Shown: positions 37,294-51,037 of the stretch, in pieces
How positions within the stretch are numbered: position 1 is the stretch's first letter
Layout: every line of letters begins with the position of its first letter
From: Octopus sinensis
Lineage: Eukaryota
DNA length: 64,000 nucleotides
NCBI RefSeq assembly: GCF_006345805.1
Contig: NC_043004.1
Coordinates: 32,922,001 to 32,986,000, forward strand
Direction of reading: 5' to 3'
The notes under the pieces: generated by a model
Database searches by the model: none
What the model saw: only the letters and a program-made list of their open reading frames with translations
Told to the model about the DNA's origin: nothing
Made by a program: the position numbers and the translations under genes

Positions 37294-38850
37294 CTGAATA
37301 TAATAGAAATGATATAAGTAATGTTATTGAATCCAAAGTGCTGAGAATAACGCATTTAATTGCGTTTTATCGCCCAACTCTTTCGTTTTGGTGACTTAAA
37401 TTTCAATAGAACGAAAATCTATGAACTTTGCCAAATGGAGACATAGAATAAATTAATTGCTAGAAATACTCTTAATACTTTAAACATCACAGAGACAAAT
37501 GACCTTCATCATACTCTGACATCAACCAATACATTCCCGCCTCTTAATATTTCACTGGAATTATTTCAACCATTTTCTCAGTTCCAAACGTAGACACGCC
37601 AGAACATAACTGTTCCAAAAAAAGATAAAAAAAAAGACACTTCAGATATAAAACCACAGCTATTGCTCTCAAGTTTATATATTTAGTTTCGAGTAAACCA
37701 TTTGCATTCTTGGAATTGTAGATCAGTGAAATAATTATAGTCGAACATGAATGCGTGGTAAAAAAAAAAAGGTCGCTTTGAAACAACGTGGTTCTAGGTT
37801 CAACCTTTGGCAAATGTTTACTATCATAGCCTTGGAGTGACCAGTGTCTGGTGAGTGAAATTTGGCATACAAACTCTGCAAAGACACGTCACACATACAT
37901 ACATACATACATACATACATACATACATACATACATACATACATACATACATACATACATACATACATACATACATACATGCATGCATACATACATTTGT
38001 ACATCAGTATACGGCCTAAGAAAAACAAAAGACAAAATACTACGCGTATTGCTGTATACATTTGGCGGGGAGGCTCTTAGAATATTGTCTTTGCTCCGAG
38101 TTGCCGACACTCCCTTATCATTGACGCTGTCAGAAAAAGCAAAAATCCAGTGATTGACTCATTGGCAACATGAAGCCAAGGAAGCTTTTGTTCACGATTT
38201 TCAATATTATTTAAATAGATCGAACAGTAGTAGTTTTGTAGAACTTGGATAATCCAATTGATGCAAGATGAAGGAACCTATTTCTTGTCCTATTTCACGA
38301 ACTATAGTCTCCGTCAGCGAGTGGTTATCTTCGTTGTTTTAGCTTTGAGATCACTGTGACCTTGATCCTCCTTGTCAATGATGTAGCGCGGGCAGGGTCA
38401 CAGGAGTGGTTGCTTCGGGCCCAAAATTTCGAAAGTGAAGAAAATTAAGGGAAAATAAGAAGAAAAACAAAACAAAACCGTGCCCTCCCGGCAATATTTG
38501 CGTTACCCCGTCTACTAGCAACCTATTTTATGTCACTGCTCTTCAGGTTTTTGGGTTATAGCCATAGAATTAGCTGGAATTAACTCTGCATGTCACTGAG
38601 ACAATTGCTTCTGTTACAGTGGTACTTACACGAATAACTTATACCACCGTCTGGTACACACACACACACATGTACACGTAAATGTCAAACAATGAAAATG
38701 AGTGTTCAAAATCGCAAGGGGGGAATAACATTTCTTTATTTGTATATTAAGGCTACCATTGGTTTTATGTTAAGAAACATATCTTAATATCCTAACAATT
38801 TTTCAAGCCGATCACACGAAAGAATGGTGTTCGTCTCCATTTTGGATGAA

Positions 38851-38905
<55 letters not shown>

Positions 38906-38970
38906 ATATATATATATATAATATGAGTGGCTTATTAACAATTTAACAACCTAAAGGCAAATTTATAGAC

Positions 38971-39212
38971 GTCACTAAAGTGACAGAATGTACTAAGTGG
39001 TACCAGCATTGCTAGAAATAAGAGTCACACCGACTCACTAGCCACAAGGGCACTATCTTAATGGCTGACAATGGCTGAGCACTCATTATCAAGCGAGATA
39101 AGCTCCCTTGTCTGTCATTAAGAAAGTGCTCTTTTGGCTAGTGAGTTGTTTTGACTATTATTTCTAGCAATGTCGGTATCACTCAGTGACTACTCTCTGT
39201 CACATTTGTGAC
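38971..39212. mobile_element. Palindromic MITE (about 100-bp imperfect TIRs)
   Basis: GTCACTAAAGTGACAG...CATTGCTAGAAATAAGAGTC...CTCACTAGCC is mirrored by GGCTAGTGAG...GACTATTATTTCTAGCAATG...CTGTCACATTTGTGAC. Confidence 0.75.
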
Positions 39213-39464
39213 ATTTTTCTCTCTCTTTATTGTATTTCGAGATGTTAATTTTTTTGCCTAATAAACACACGCACTATTCATTTTTCCTTCATTCGTTTAT
39301 TGCTGTTCTTATTTTATTATTTTAACGCATGTCCAATATCCGAAAATTTCCCGTCACACATCTGTGACCTCTTCAGCGACACTTTTCACTTTCGCGTGTG
39401 TTCTTGCTCCATTTACTCCATTCTCTGAAGTAAGCGGATTAAAAACATGCACGAAAGCGAAAGG

Positions 39465-39500
<36 letters not shown>

Positions 39501-39609
39501 AACACACACACATATATATATATATTTTATTTCTATGTTTTGGTTTATGTTTTTCACTGTTTGATTTGCCTAATAGTGGTTTTATCTCTAATTTAATATA
39601 TATATCTAA

Positions 39610-39647
<38 letters not shown>

Positions 39648-39780
39648 AGTGAATGGAATAACGGTTGCAACACCAAATGGTCTTATCTCCAACCGTGCTG
39701 TTTTCCGCTGTGATTTTTGCTACCCAGGTATCGGTTAAACCTTTGAATAATCTGTTACAAGAAAATTCATCTTTCTATTT

Positions 39781-39831
<51 letters not shown>

Positions 39832-40727
39832 GCAGCCAATTGAATTGTGCTAAGGGAAGTGTGGTTTCGTTTCACAAGATATAGTGAGGGACCATAATAT
39901 GACTTTATGCATACGGATCCGGTAAAAGTTGTCCATACTAAAGTATATATTTTCTTACTGAGCGTTTTGGTTGGTATATTCACTGTTCGTCTTCTGGTGC
40001 TATCTCTTTATATAACCTGTTTCTTTGAAGGTGTGAAGAAAGCTTTGAAATCGTAGTAATAAGAGTTTTTTGGGAAAATAAAACTACGTTCGCGACTTTA
40101 AAATTTGACGGTGAGAAATCCTTTTTAAGTTACACATGACAACTTTTGTTTTGTAATTGTTTCGTTTTTTTTTTTTCGAAACTGAAAGTTAAAAATAATA
40201 TCATTCTGAACCGAAGAAGTAGTCGCCAAACAATTTTGTAACATCTGAAATAAGATTCCAAACAGAGTAAATGAAATTACAAATGTAGCAGATCTGTATC
40301 CCCGCCATGTTTTCAAAACAGATAGAAACAACAACAGTAGCCAATAAAACAGACAACAAACATTAGCAACAAAATAAAGAGGTAACAGGAAATAATAAAT
40401 AAAACTGGATTTTCGTCTTATATTTTGTAATTTTCCCTTGTCATAAAGTGAACTAAAATGCCATCAAATATTATCTATGTTTAAAATTCATTCGTTATAG
40501 CGTAAAGTAAATTGGCGCCAATATAATTAAGTCTTTAAGAAAGAAAATTGTAAAAAGCTGATGTAGTTTCAGAAGCACTTATTTCGTCGGTGACGTTCGA
40601 TAATAGCAGAAATGGTAAAGATGGTGTGAGAGAGATGGGGGGTAAGAAAGCCATGGAAAAATATATGGTTGCTATTGCTCGTATGCCACAAAATATATAT
40701 TTTCATTCCTTTCTCTAGTGAAACTGA

Positions 40728-40782
<55 letters not shown>

Positions 40783-41191
40783 GAATAAATAAAATGTATT
40801 GTTTAAACATTATCATGAATAATCCAAACAACTCCGCATTTGTTCAGGTCTGTTGTTCTGACACGTAAGATATATAACCAACTGTGCAAGTGTGTAATGT
40901 GCAAAAGTAAAACAGAACAAACATGGCCACTAAAATATGTAGGATTTAATTTGGTTTTGTGTTGGCAAAGTCAGGATGGTGTAAAGGCAGGCGGGATGTT
41001 ATTAAAAACCTGAAGATTAGCATTTTTAGACTTTTAACTTTTCTCACGTTTAATAAGAAATGGTTTTGTCTAAACACAGAGTCAATATTTTAAAAGGCAG
41101 TGAGTTTAGTTAACAATCAAATCACTATATTCCCGTTCTGTTGGCTCAAAGTAACTGCTGCTGCTGCTGTTGCTGTTGCTGCTGTTGCTGT

Positions 41192-41370
41192 TGAGCGAAG
41201 CGGTCTTCGTCTCGGAGCTCGCAAGATCGCGCCTCATGATTGTCTGTAGAAGTCCGCAACGTGGTCCTTTGCTATTGGTAAGACCCGCAGAAGAGAAAGC
41301 AGGTCAACTCCCCGACACCGAGAGCATCGACGGCTGGATGAATGCGCATCCAGGCTCAGCGGATGCATAG
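41192..41370 (-). mobile_element. Short LINE-like 3' end with (CAA/CAG)n tail
   Basis: RCSRCRG...KDHVADFYRQS* followed by a short UTR and a microsatellite tail. Confidence 0.45.
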
Positions 41371-41379
41371 GAAGTCGGG

Positions 41380-41578
41380 GATAAGAAGCAGGAAGAAAGA
41401 GTGAGAGAAAGTTGGGGCGAAAGAGTACAACAGGGGTCGCCACCACCCCCTGTCGGAGCCTCGTGGAGCTTTAGGTGTTTTCGCTCAATAAACACACACA
41501 GCACTCGGTCTGGGAATCGAAACCGTGATCCTCCGACTGCGAGTCCGCTGCCCTAACTATTGGGCCATTGCGCCTCTA
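41380..41578 (-). mobile_element. SINE family C 5' portion (tRNA-derived head)
   Basis: GGCGCAATGGCCCAATAGTTAGGGCAGCGGACTCGCAG...GGTTTCGATTCCCAGACC. Confidence 0.8.
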
Positions 41579-41611
41579 CTTGCTGCTGCTGCTGTTGTTA
41601 TTTTTGTTGTT

Positions 41612-42115
41612 GTTAATCAACAAGACGGGTAAGGGTGATTTCACTGCGTCCGTTCTGTGGGCTGGGAGACGTCTGGCAGGTCGGTAGCGGAAGTCCACTT
41701 TTCCCAGATCCGAAGGACAAAGAGAGGGTCACTGGCCAGAGTGTCTGGGAGGGGGTTGGCATTTGCGGCGGGCGATGGATCCGTGGACAGTCGTAGATGA
41801 CATGCTCCGCCGTCTCCTCTCTCACTCCGCACTTTCTGCAGGTTCTGTCTATGGCTCGGTCGATCTTGTAGAGCCAGTACTTGAGGTCCGGGTGATAACC
41901 GCTCTTAAGTCTGCTGAGTGTTACCTGCTCCTGGTTAGAGACGAATCAGCGTTTCTGCTCACTTTAGCCGTTCAGGAATTTGGACCTGGAGATCTACATT
42001 TCCAGCGACTTCGAGGGTCATCTCCCAGTGGTGTCGGGCGTCGACGAAGAGCCCTCGACTACAACAAGATGACCAATGTTTTTTTTTTCCCCAAGGTCTG
42101 GGGTCTCCCGTCCCG
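41612..42115 (-). mobile_element. I-group/Ingi-like LINE 3' fragment with CCHC zinc knuckle
   Basis: QVTLSRLKSGYHPDLKYWLYKIDRAIDRTCRKCGVREETAEHVIYDCP; ends in a (CAA)(CAG) tail. Confidence 0.85.
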
Positions 42116-42184
42116 CTAATGTTGCTGCTGGTGAGAATTGAAAATTAAATGTAGGAGTATCAAGTTCAGTTTTTTATTGTACTT

Positions 42185-42632
42185 ATGACCGGAAGAAATA
42201 TCGGATGCAGTTGTCCTGTCTATATAACTGGTACCCCGTCAGTCACAACGTTGAGCGTTGCAGTTGATCCGATCACTGGAACCGTAAAAAGTAAAGTTAC
42301 TTTCCAAGCCATGCTGACCCCACAAAAGCCGATTTCCCGACTTCCATGGCGTGTATATTCCCCACGGCTCATAGAATTAATATGCAAGTGACCAAGTATT
42401 CCACAGACACACATACCCTGAATGTAGTTCTCAAGGAGACTCTGCATGACACAGAATATGACAAGGACGGCCCTTTTGAATTACAGGTACACCTCACTTT
42501 TGCCAGCTGAGTTGACTTGACCAACATGAAATAAGGTGCCTTGGTCAAGGACACAATGCGCTGCCAAGAATCGAACTCACGACCTTGCGATTGTGAATCG
42601 AATCCCCTAATCACTTAGCCATGCTTCTCCAC
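42185..42632 (-). mobile_element. SINE family D (tRNA head + Ceph-like body), diverged
   Basis: Head GTGGAGAAGCATGGCTAAGTG...GAGTTCGATTC; body shares GTGTCTGTGGA...CACTTGCA-TTAATT with 53383-53740. Confidence 0.75.
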
Positions 42633-44794
42633 CCTTGTCTCTATATGTGAGTGTCCCTGCCTTGTCAGTAGACGTTCACTACAAACGACAGCCACGAGGG
42701 CCGACCAGGTTCCCGTTCCTAATTATGTCGTACAACAAATATATCAAGGAGACACATCACCATACACCTATATATATTTATGCGATAGGATTCTTTCAGT
42801 TTTCATTTATTAAATTTACTCACAAGGCTTTTGTTGGTCCTGGGCTATGTTAAAAAGACATTTGTCTCGGGTGTCACAGGGTGGAACTGAACTCAAAATC
42901 AAACGATTTGAACCAAACTTCTTAACCACACAATCATGGCCGCCCTTTCAAAAAAAAATGAATAATCATAATTTTTCAAAACAATTTCATTTTAATTTGA
43001 AATGAGTCAAGAATCCATCAATAGAATTACCTTTTCATGTCAATGGGAAAAGATGAATAGGGTTTGGTTATAGTTGGTAATCTGTCAAAGCTGGCATCAC
43101 CTCCAGTCAGGTATTGGGATTCCTCACAGAAGATATTAATTTCTTTCTCGATCATGACTTTGGGGATCACCAAATTGGCTTTGAACCTACGGGGTTTCGG
43201 GTTCAATCTCACTTCGCGACACCTTGCGCAAGTTCCTCTCATGGCTTCGGATCGACTAAAATCTTGTTTTTTTATTTATTCTTATATTTCAGTCATTTGT
43301 TCGACTAAATTGTTGCCATGCTGGGGCAAAGGTTTTGTGGAACAAATCGGTTCTAGTATTTGTTTTACGTTTAGAATTATTTTATCGGATCTTGTCTGTT
43401 GAACCTCTAAGCTTCGGAAAGGTAAATATATTTTCACCAGATGTCAAACGATGGGGATAAACAAAGACTGACAGACACACAAATACAAGTACACACACAC
43501 ACAACCAACGGGCTTCCATACAGTTTCCGTCCGCCAAAACCAAATCCACCCACAAGGCTTTGGCCGCTCCGGCACTCTAGAAAAAGGAGACATTTGCCCA
43601 AAAGGTAGCACAGTTGGGCTAAATCTGAAACCATGTGACTGTGAAGCGAGTGCCAAAACCAACAATTTCTCTCTTATGAGGGAAAATCGGTTGAGTGAAT
43701 TTGTGAGGAGTTCCGTCAGGGAACAGTTTCTATTCTTGGGTGATGGACTTATTCCATTGCATAGCTTAATACCCCGGCTGGCCCTTAGGGACCTTTATCT
43801 GTTGCAAGTATTTTGGCAAGTTCTCTGGATTGCAGGTAATGACAATCCCAGAGACACTAAAAAATAGGAGCCAAGGAGCTGCCCTGCCTCCTTAGACAGA
43901 GTTCCGTTGCGAAAAGACCTCCCCTGCCACCTCCAAGAAATACAATGAAATATCTAAAAGACTAGTGTTTATCTTCATTTCTCATGGTATTCAGAACATA
44001 AGAGTTAACAATTCTCCGGGATGGTACACCAGTCAATCATAGCCAACATTTCACCGAAAGGAATTGAATTCAAATCTAAAAGCTATAGAACCAGTCACCA
44101 ATTTAACAATGTTCCTTTGAACCTGTCCTATCTAGATACAACGAGATGAATTTGATTGTTGGAATCTAAGTACCTTGGCCAAGAATACAGTCATTGGAAA
44201 TATCAAAAGAAAAATAGATTTTCACTTATTTTCTAGTCTAAGTTTAGATTTTTCAGCTTCCAATAATAAGAATAGCTTTTTTTTTATTTCTTAAAATATA
44301 CTAAATCAAGAGTTAATAGGTATCGATAATTATTGGATTTTTTTTTATCTTGACGTTTTTTCCCGATATGATGACAAAAGATGTTTAAATGCGATAAAAA
44401 CAATTTTAAACGATGACCTTTTATTGAAGTACAGGAGGAAAAGTAATGTTGGCTCAAGCAAAATTTCTAATCAATTCTTACTTTCATCTAAGTGTAATCA
44501 ATACAAAACAGTAATCAATCACGAAAAAGTGGTTTAGAAGTTTACAACTGAATATAAATTGTTCAAATTCGACAATTGGGTTTCGATTCCTCTTTTTCCT
44601 TTTGTTATGACTTTTCCTGGCTATTGCCAAACTTATGATTCTTCTATGAATAGAATCACACTGAGATATTTTAATAAAATCGTATTTCCTTACATCAATT
44701 CCATTATCCAATTGAAAGAGAAGCAAATGAAATAATATATCAAATATTCTTATTCTGATCTATCACTTGGTTTGATTTTTACACAGAAAGGTGC

Positions 44795-45200
44795 AAGCGT
44801 GGCTGTGTGGTAAAACGGTTGTTTCCCAACACCATGGTTCCGATTTCATTCTAACTGCGCGATACCTTGTTGTCTTGAGAGACATCTTCATTGTGGTAGC
44901 TCGGTCTTCTACTCTAGTCTTGGGCCAACCAAACCCTTGTGACTGGATATGGTAGACGGAAACCGAAAGCCTGTCGTGTGTGTGTATGAGCGTGACTATG
45001 TTTCTGTTCCCCACCGCCACTATTGCTCGACACCCGGTGTTGGTGCGTTTATGTTCCCGTAACTTAGCGGTTCGACAAAAAGATCGATAGAATAAATATC
45101 AGGGTTTAAAAATAATAAGTACTTGGGCCGATTCATTCGACTAAAAATTCTTCAAGGCTCTGCCCCAGGAAGGCCGCAGTCTAATGACTGAAGTAAAGAG
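44795..45200 (+). mobile_element. SINE family B, diverged
   Basis: GTGGCTGTGTGGTAA head through ACTTAGCGGTTCG...AATAAGTACT...GGCCGCAGTC tail. Confidence 0.8.
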
Positions 45201-45236
45201 AGTGGGGAGAGACAGGAAGAGAGAAAGGAGAGAGAT

Positions 45237-45277
<41 letters not shown>

Positions 45278-46351
45278 CTGTTTTGAATAGGTGTAAATTG
45301 AAGACCATGAGTTACCCAGTTGGAGAGTTTAACATCCGGAAGTTCCTCTTCTAACACCAGAGCAGTCATGACGAGACGTTATGAGCTTGGCATATTAAAA
45401 TTTTAATTTCTTTAGAAAAACAGTTATTTTGGCTTTTCGGTAAATGCTTATTGGGGAGATTTTTTATAACAAGATACCGCAGCGAGATTTCTTTCTCCAA
45501 ATTCGTTCGAGTATCGTCTAAAAGCCTGCAGAATGTCACCGTTGATATTCGTGTCACAAGTTCACTATTACTACACACTCGAGCCACAGTTTATTAAAAG
45601 GAAAGCCAGAATGAAGATTTCATACAAGACAGTAACCGTATAAGAATAGAGTATAGGCGACTGAGATTTGGTATAGGGGCCATATTTATTTTCATCAACT
45701 CTAAAGTATGATAGATAATCGAGGTCAATGCTAATATATTTTGAAATGTTGAACGTAGAGGAACAAAACTAAATAGTGTTGGGTGACTTAGTTTCGTGCC
45801 AGTTCACTGTCAGAAATATTAATGTCAGAAATATTACAAGAACTGATTACATCTCTTTTTTGATTATTGACTTATAAAATACCTACGTCCATTTATTATT
45901 CCGTCATCAGAGAACTGTTTATAACTATTTGTTGGAATGGTAGTTGTTAGCTAACCAGATCCTCTACCAGCTTTTTATCAACATCGTAAGTATAAATACC
46001 GCATTTTGTATCAGCCTATAAACCCGAGAACGGTTTTCAATTAGGTATTCCTACGACAGATGCTAGCTAACCAGATTCCATACGCACTTTCTATCGATAT
46101 GGTAAAGTGAGAACCGCAACTTTCTAATAGAGTTCTACAGGGACATTGACCAAACGCTCAACATTCGATTCTTTAGAGTGTAAAATAGAAACTTTGCATG
46201 ATTTATTTATTTCAGTATTTCATTTCCAAACGATAGTGATAGAGGTATCAATTCTTCTAGGATTTCCCGCTGAGATGAGAAATGAAATCGTGGTGTGTGG
46301 CAAATTGTCTTTTATCTTGTTGCTTCAATACTTCTATAGAAATAGCAGCAG

Positions 46352-46401
<50 letters not shown>

Positions 46402-47622
46402 CATATCAGATTATTAATAAGAAAATAAAAATGGGATTATTATCAAGAAATAAAAATAACGTGCCCTTTGTTTTAGATTCTACACAAACACTTTCGGCAA
46501 TCCGTCTTTCTCATCCGGGTTTACAAATTTACATACGATAGTTAGCTTATCAGCTGAACCTAATGTGAAGCTGTTAACCAAATTTATTTTTCAGCTGTTT
46601 CTGAAAGCCTTGTGGCATAGTGAACATTTAAATGCTTCGGCCTTTCCGTGTTTATATCCTCTTTCTTATATTATTGTTTCTAACTTCAATAATGCAATAT
46701 TCTATTGGGACAGCGAACGAGGAAGTAAACCGTTTCGGTTCCCTCTTGCATTTATTTTGCTTTACCCATGCAGCAATTACTCTTTAAGCAAAATGTATGA
46801 ATTACTCAAATAAATTTTCCCATTCATTTCAATCAGAAACCTGGTGATTTTTACTTCAAAAATTTCGGTATTCTAAAATGAAAACGAGTTCTTTAGCAAA
46901 AGGTTTCTGCTAAGTTCAACCTGATATTCGGTTTCACTTAATGCTTGTTTTGAAAATCGCAAAGATTACTGTATTCCAGCATCCGTACTTCTTTAAATTT
47001 CAGCCCCTCTGTCTCTCTAGAATGATTGTTTCATACAAATTTAAGGAATACTATTTTGGAACTTGCTCCACAAGGTCAAGTCCTTGTTGCGATGTTGTGG
47101 CCTCTGTGCCTCAATGAGATGAGAGCAAGCGGAGCACAAGCTTCTGATATGGCCTCTCCTGCTGTAAGAGTCAGAAGACAGAGGTCAGATTAATATGAAC
47201 CACCTCATTCTAGAAGTAAAAATAGATTTATGTAGGGCTCACACCCCTACTTTGAAGAAAGCAAAGTTACAGAGGCATCAATGAAAATTCGAAACAAAAA
47301 AAACCTTGGTGAGGAAAGCCTTCCTTCAGGGTAACATATGATGCGCTGCAGCAAAGTTCGAAACGTCTTAAAGAAATCTACAGCCTACGTTACACGTCAG
47401 GTCTGGGATCCACAAGGGTGGAGGAGGATGAAGGGGGGAATACAAAAATGGCCGGAAGTGGAATAATGAGGCAAAGGAGAGAAACAGACATGACAGTCGA
47501 GAGAGGAGAACTGAAGAAAAGTCACAGGAAGACATAAAGAGTGAAGGACTTAAGAGATGAGACACTATAACTTGCTCTCTCTTACTCTCTCTCTCCCCCT
47601 CTCTCTCTATATATATACACAC

Positions 47623-47668
<46 letters not shown>

Positions 47669-47762
47669 TATATATAATAAAGGGTAAAATTAATTAATCA
47701 GTTAATAATTAATTATTTTACCAAGTAGTTCGGTAGGCTAAAAGAACCATTATCGGTAAACC

Positions 47763-47930
47763 TATACAGAAATTCTATAATTATGAGTATAATTATAATT
47801 AGGGTTCAGCAAAAATGGTAGTGAAATAGTTAGTTTTTAACTGCTATTTCTAAATTTCGGTATGTGGTGAAGCAAATTTTTTGCTGAACCCTAATTATAA
47901 TTATACTCATAATTATAGAATTTCTGTATA
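47763..47930. repeat. Perfect 53-bp inverted repeat with 62-bp loop, within a Penelope-like/AT-rich repeat
   Basis: 47763-47815 is the exact reverse complement of 47878-47930. Confidence 0.9.
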
Positions 47931-48855
47931 TACATATACATATATGTATGTATGTGTGTGTGTATATATATATATATATGTATATATAAATAAACATATA
48001 TTGGTCAGGGATTTCTCCAAACGTTTACCGTTTACTAACAGTTAAGTATTCAGAATAAGGAGGATGAGGAAGGGAGATCTGCACCGATATCATAGTAAAG
48101 TTTATTATAGCAATTGCAACGGTTACTAAGCGATGCAGTCGAAACATATGTAGGTCTATTTGAGGCTGTGTTTATATATAAACATGAATTAAAGGTAATG
48201 CTAATGCTACTTCATCATAATTCTTATCATCATTATATATATATATATATATACATATACTCTTCTTATAACTTTCTCATACCTCTGTTTATATTTTATC
48301 TAATATGAATAATATAGTGCATCTAATATTATTAATAATAATTGATTATTGTGTATGCTTATAAATGTAAATATGTATATACATTTACGTATATATATAT
48401 ATGTATTTATGTATATTTATATATGTATGTACATGTATATGTATATGTATAAGTATGTAAATGTGTGTGTATTTATTTATTTTATATTTATATTTATTTA
48501 TAGCTTAACTTTATGTACTTCATAAAATCTCTGACGAAGCCTAGAGAAACACCCAAGTACCTCAATTTCATCTACTAATTAGTTCAGTTTACTGGAGAGA
48601 TAAAGGTAGAATGAGGTATTTTTGCCTCTTGGCTGAAAGAGCTGTAAGATTTTTTCCCAATTTATATTCCTGTATGTTATATTTTAATAATTACTAGTAT
48701 CTTTATATATTAATATATTTTATATGTAAAGCATAATATGTTATACATGTATGTATTTCTTGTAATTGTCATTTTAGTAAATATATAAATAAATTGAGAT
48801 AATATAATGTCTAAAAGTTGATGAACCACCTATTGATCCCCTCCATTTTCTTATT

Positions 48856-48909
<54 letters not shown>

Positions 48910-48919
<10 letters not shown>

Positions 48920-49290
48920 TGAAGTTGTCTGTGTATGGCAGGTTTGGTAGCCTTCAACTAACACTATCTCCTCCGAGACCCTGGGGCGCAAGTTGACCAA
49001 AATTGAGAGTATAATAGAAGGCTTGCTCTTCCTTTCGTAGAAGAAAAAAAAATCAAATCGGACCATGTTAACACACAAAATTATTTACATCAAAAAGGTG
49101 CTTTTTCTCTATGAAAATCCCTATTTTCTACGATTTTTGACTGCTGTGTTGCCATTTTTCGGTGTATTTCAACCAGAAAAATGTTCACTTAAAGAGAATA
49201 ACCAGCTACATAATGCAAATTTTTACTTTTCAAAAATTCCAATTTTAAAGAGTCGAAACAAACCCGAAAAACGCCGAGCGATACTGCTAG
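48910..49290 (+). mobile_element. Non-autonomous Helitron (second family)
   Basis: 3' end CCCG..AACGCCG..CGATACTGCTAG|T mirrors the 7461-7889 terminus; 5' end is buried in (TA)n. Confidence 0.65.
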
Positions 49291-49309
49291 TATATATATA
49301 TATACACAA

Positions 49310-49830
49310 GTTTACGAGTGGTTTCCACGCTTTAGGAAAGGTCACTTGTCAATTGAGGACCAACCTCGTTCAGGACGACCGTCGACCTCCCGGACGATTG
49401 AAAGCATCATGAAAATTCATGAACTGATCTTGGAGAACCGTCACTGAAAAATTGACAAACTTGATATGACAGGTATGTCCTGGAGCTCCTGCCACAAATT
49501 TTGATCGAGGAATTACGAATGAAAGGAGTTGCAGCAAAATTTGTGCCTAGCTTGCTCGCGGAGGATCAAAAGCAGTGGCGACTGAATGCGTGCCATGAAA
49601 TGAAAGAACAGTTGGAAGTTGATCCGCATCTTTTTTGAAGGTCATCAGTGGTGACAAAAGCTTGTGCTGTGGAATTTGCAGATGTGGAAGAGATGAAGAA
49701 AAAACGACGGGGGCGTTAAAAGGCATCACTTTGCAAGAGTTCCATCACTGTTTCGAATAGTGGAAAACGTGCCTGGACCGATTCATTGCTTCAAATGAAG
49801 AATACGCTGAAGGCGGTAAAAGAGTAAACA
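49310..49830 (+). pseudogene. Internally deleted mariner transposase relic
   Basis: SIEDQPRSGRPSTS...ELRMKGVAAKFVPSLL.EDQKQWR...ISGDK, then jumps to FADVEEMKKK...WKTCLDRFIASNEEYAEG; the catalytic middle is missing. Confidence 0.85.
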
Positions 49831-50802
49831 TGTAAAACTAAGTGAGTAAAATAATACTGCAAAATTCCGGTTTCTTTTGGGTATTAGTATTAGTAAACGG
49901 AAGATAAATTTCATTCGATACAAGTTTCATTTGGATCTCAGTCTTTTTTTACTAAGAAGTGAAAACATCTCGAATTTACTTCCTGTTCTTGATTTATCGC
50001 CAAACCCAACAGGTAACAGAGCTCTTGAAAATTTTGGAGAAATGGCAGCCTGGTCTCATTGACAATACAGAGACAGAAAGAGAGAGAAAGACAGAGAGAG
50101 AGGGAGGGGGTAGAGACGGAGAGAAATAAGAAGAGAGAGAGAGAGAGAGAGAGTTATCTACCTTAAGGAAACACACCTTTAATACTACACGTTGGCCAAA
50201 GTCCAATGAATTTAGCTGCCTTTCTTCCCCTCACCACCCTCTTACCACCCCAACACCTTTTCCATTCTTTCCCGTCCTTTCACCGTAGAACTGCAACTTT
50301 CTGGAAAGAACCATCCACGTTTTCTTAGAGAAATTCAAGTTAAGCATGAACGCTAAGGGCACTGCTTCCTCCTTCGATAATTGTATTAAAAAGATTAACG
50401 GCACACAGCTTCCCTGGTAATCCTTCTTCTTTCTTGAAAAGGTCTTGAAAGGGTTGTTGATTGGGAAATACACTAAAAAGTGAATCTCACTTGGCTAAAC
50501 CAGATTATGTGTTGGCATAAAGTTATAGGCACAACAATGCAATGTTCGGAAAGTGACCAGTCTAATTTAGCTTACATGAAATAGAAAGAAAGAAAGAAAG
50601 AAAGAAGGAAATAAAGAAGAAAAGAAAGAAAGGAAAACGTTAATCAGGGGTTGATGGAAGTGTTGTATGTTTCTATTACATGAAAAAGGAAATTGGTCAG
50701 AACAGGAGGTGCCTTATAAGAATTACTCCAGTAACCATAAAATGAGATGGTTGCAAAGAGTAGAAAAAGGTATTTCGTCTAAAACCAGGCGTACTAATCA
50801 CC

Positions 50803-51037
50803 TATTTCTTTACTACTCACAAGGGGCTAAACACAGAGGGAACAAACAAGGACAGACAAACGGAATAAATCGAATACATCGACCCCAGTGCGTAACTGGC
50901 ACTTAATTTATCGGCCCCCGAAAGGATGAAAGGCAAAGTCGACCTCGGCGGAATTTGAACTCAGAACGTAACGGCAGACGAAATACGGCTACGCATTTCG
51001 CCCGGCGTGCTAACGTTTCTGCCAGCTCGCCGCCTTA
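50803..51037 (-). mobile_element. SINE family A, full length with 16-bp TSD
   Basis: TSD AGGCGTACTAATCACC at 50787-50802 and 51038-51053. Confidence 0.92.

Noticed and set aside
41500-41578. tRNA-like sequences at SINE heads (also 4390-4445, 11160-11225, 53383-53440)
   Set aside because: A/B boxes are present but no complete cloverleaf; they continue into SINE bodies.
48531-48570. CUGACGA...GAAAC hammerhead-like motif (also 48110-48150, 17550-17600, 63070-63125)
   Set aside because: Stem II, stem I or the core cannot be formed; at most decayed Penelope remnants.
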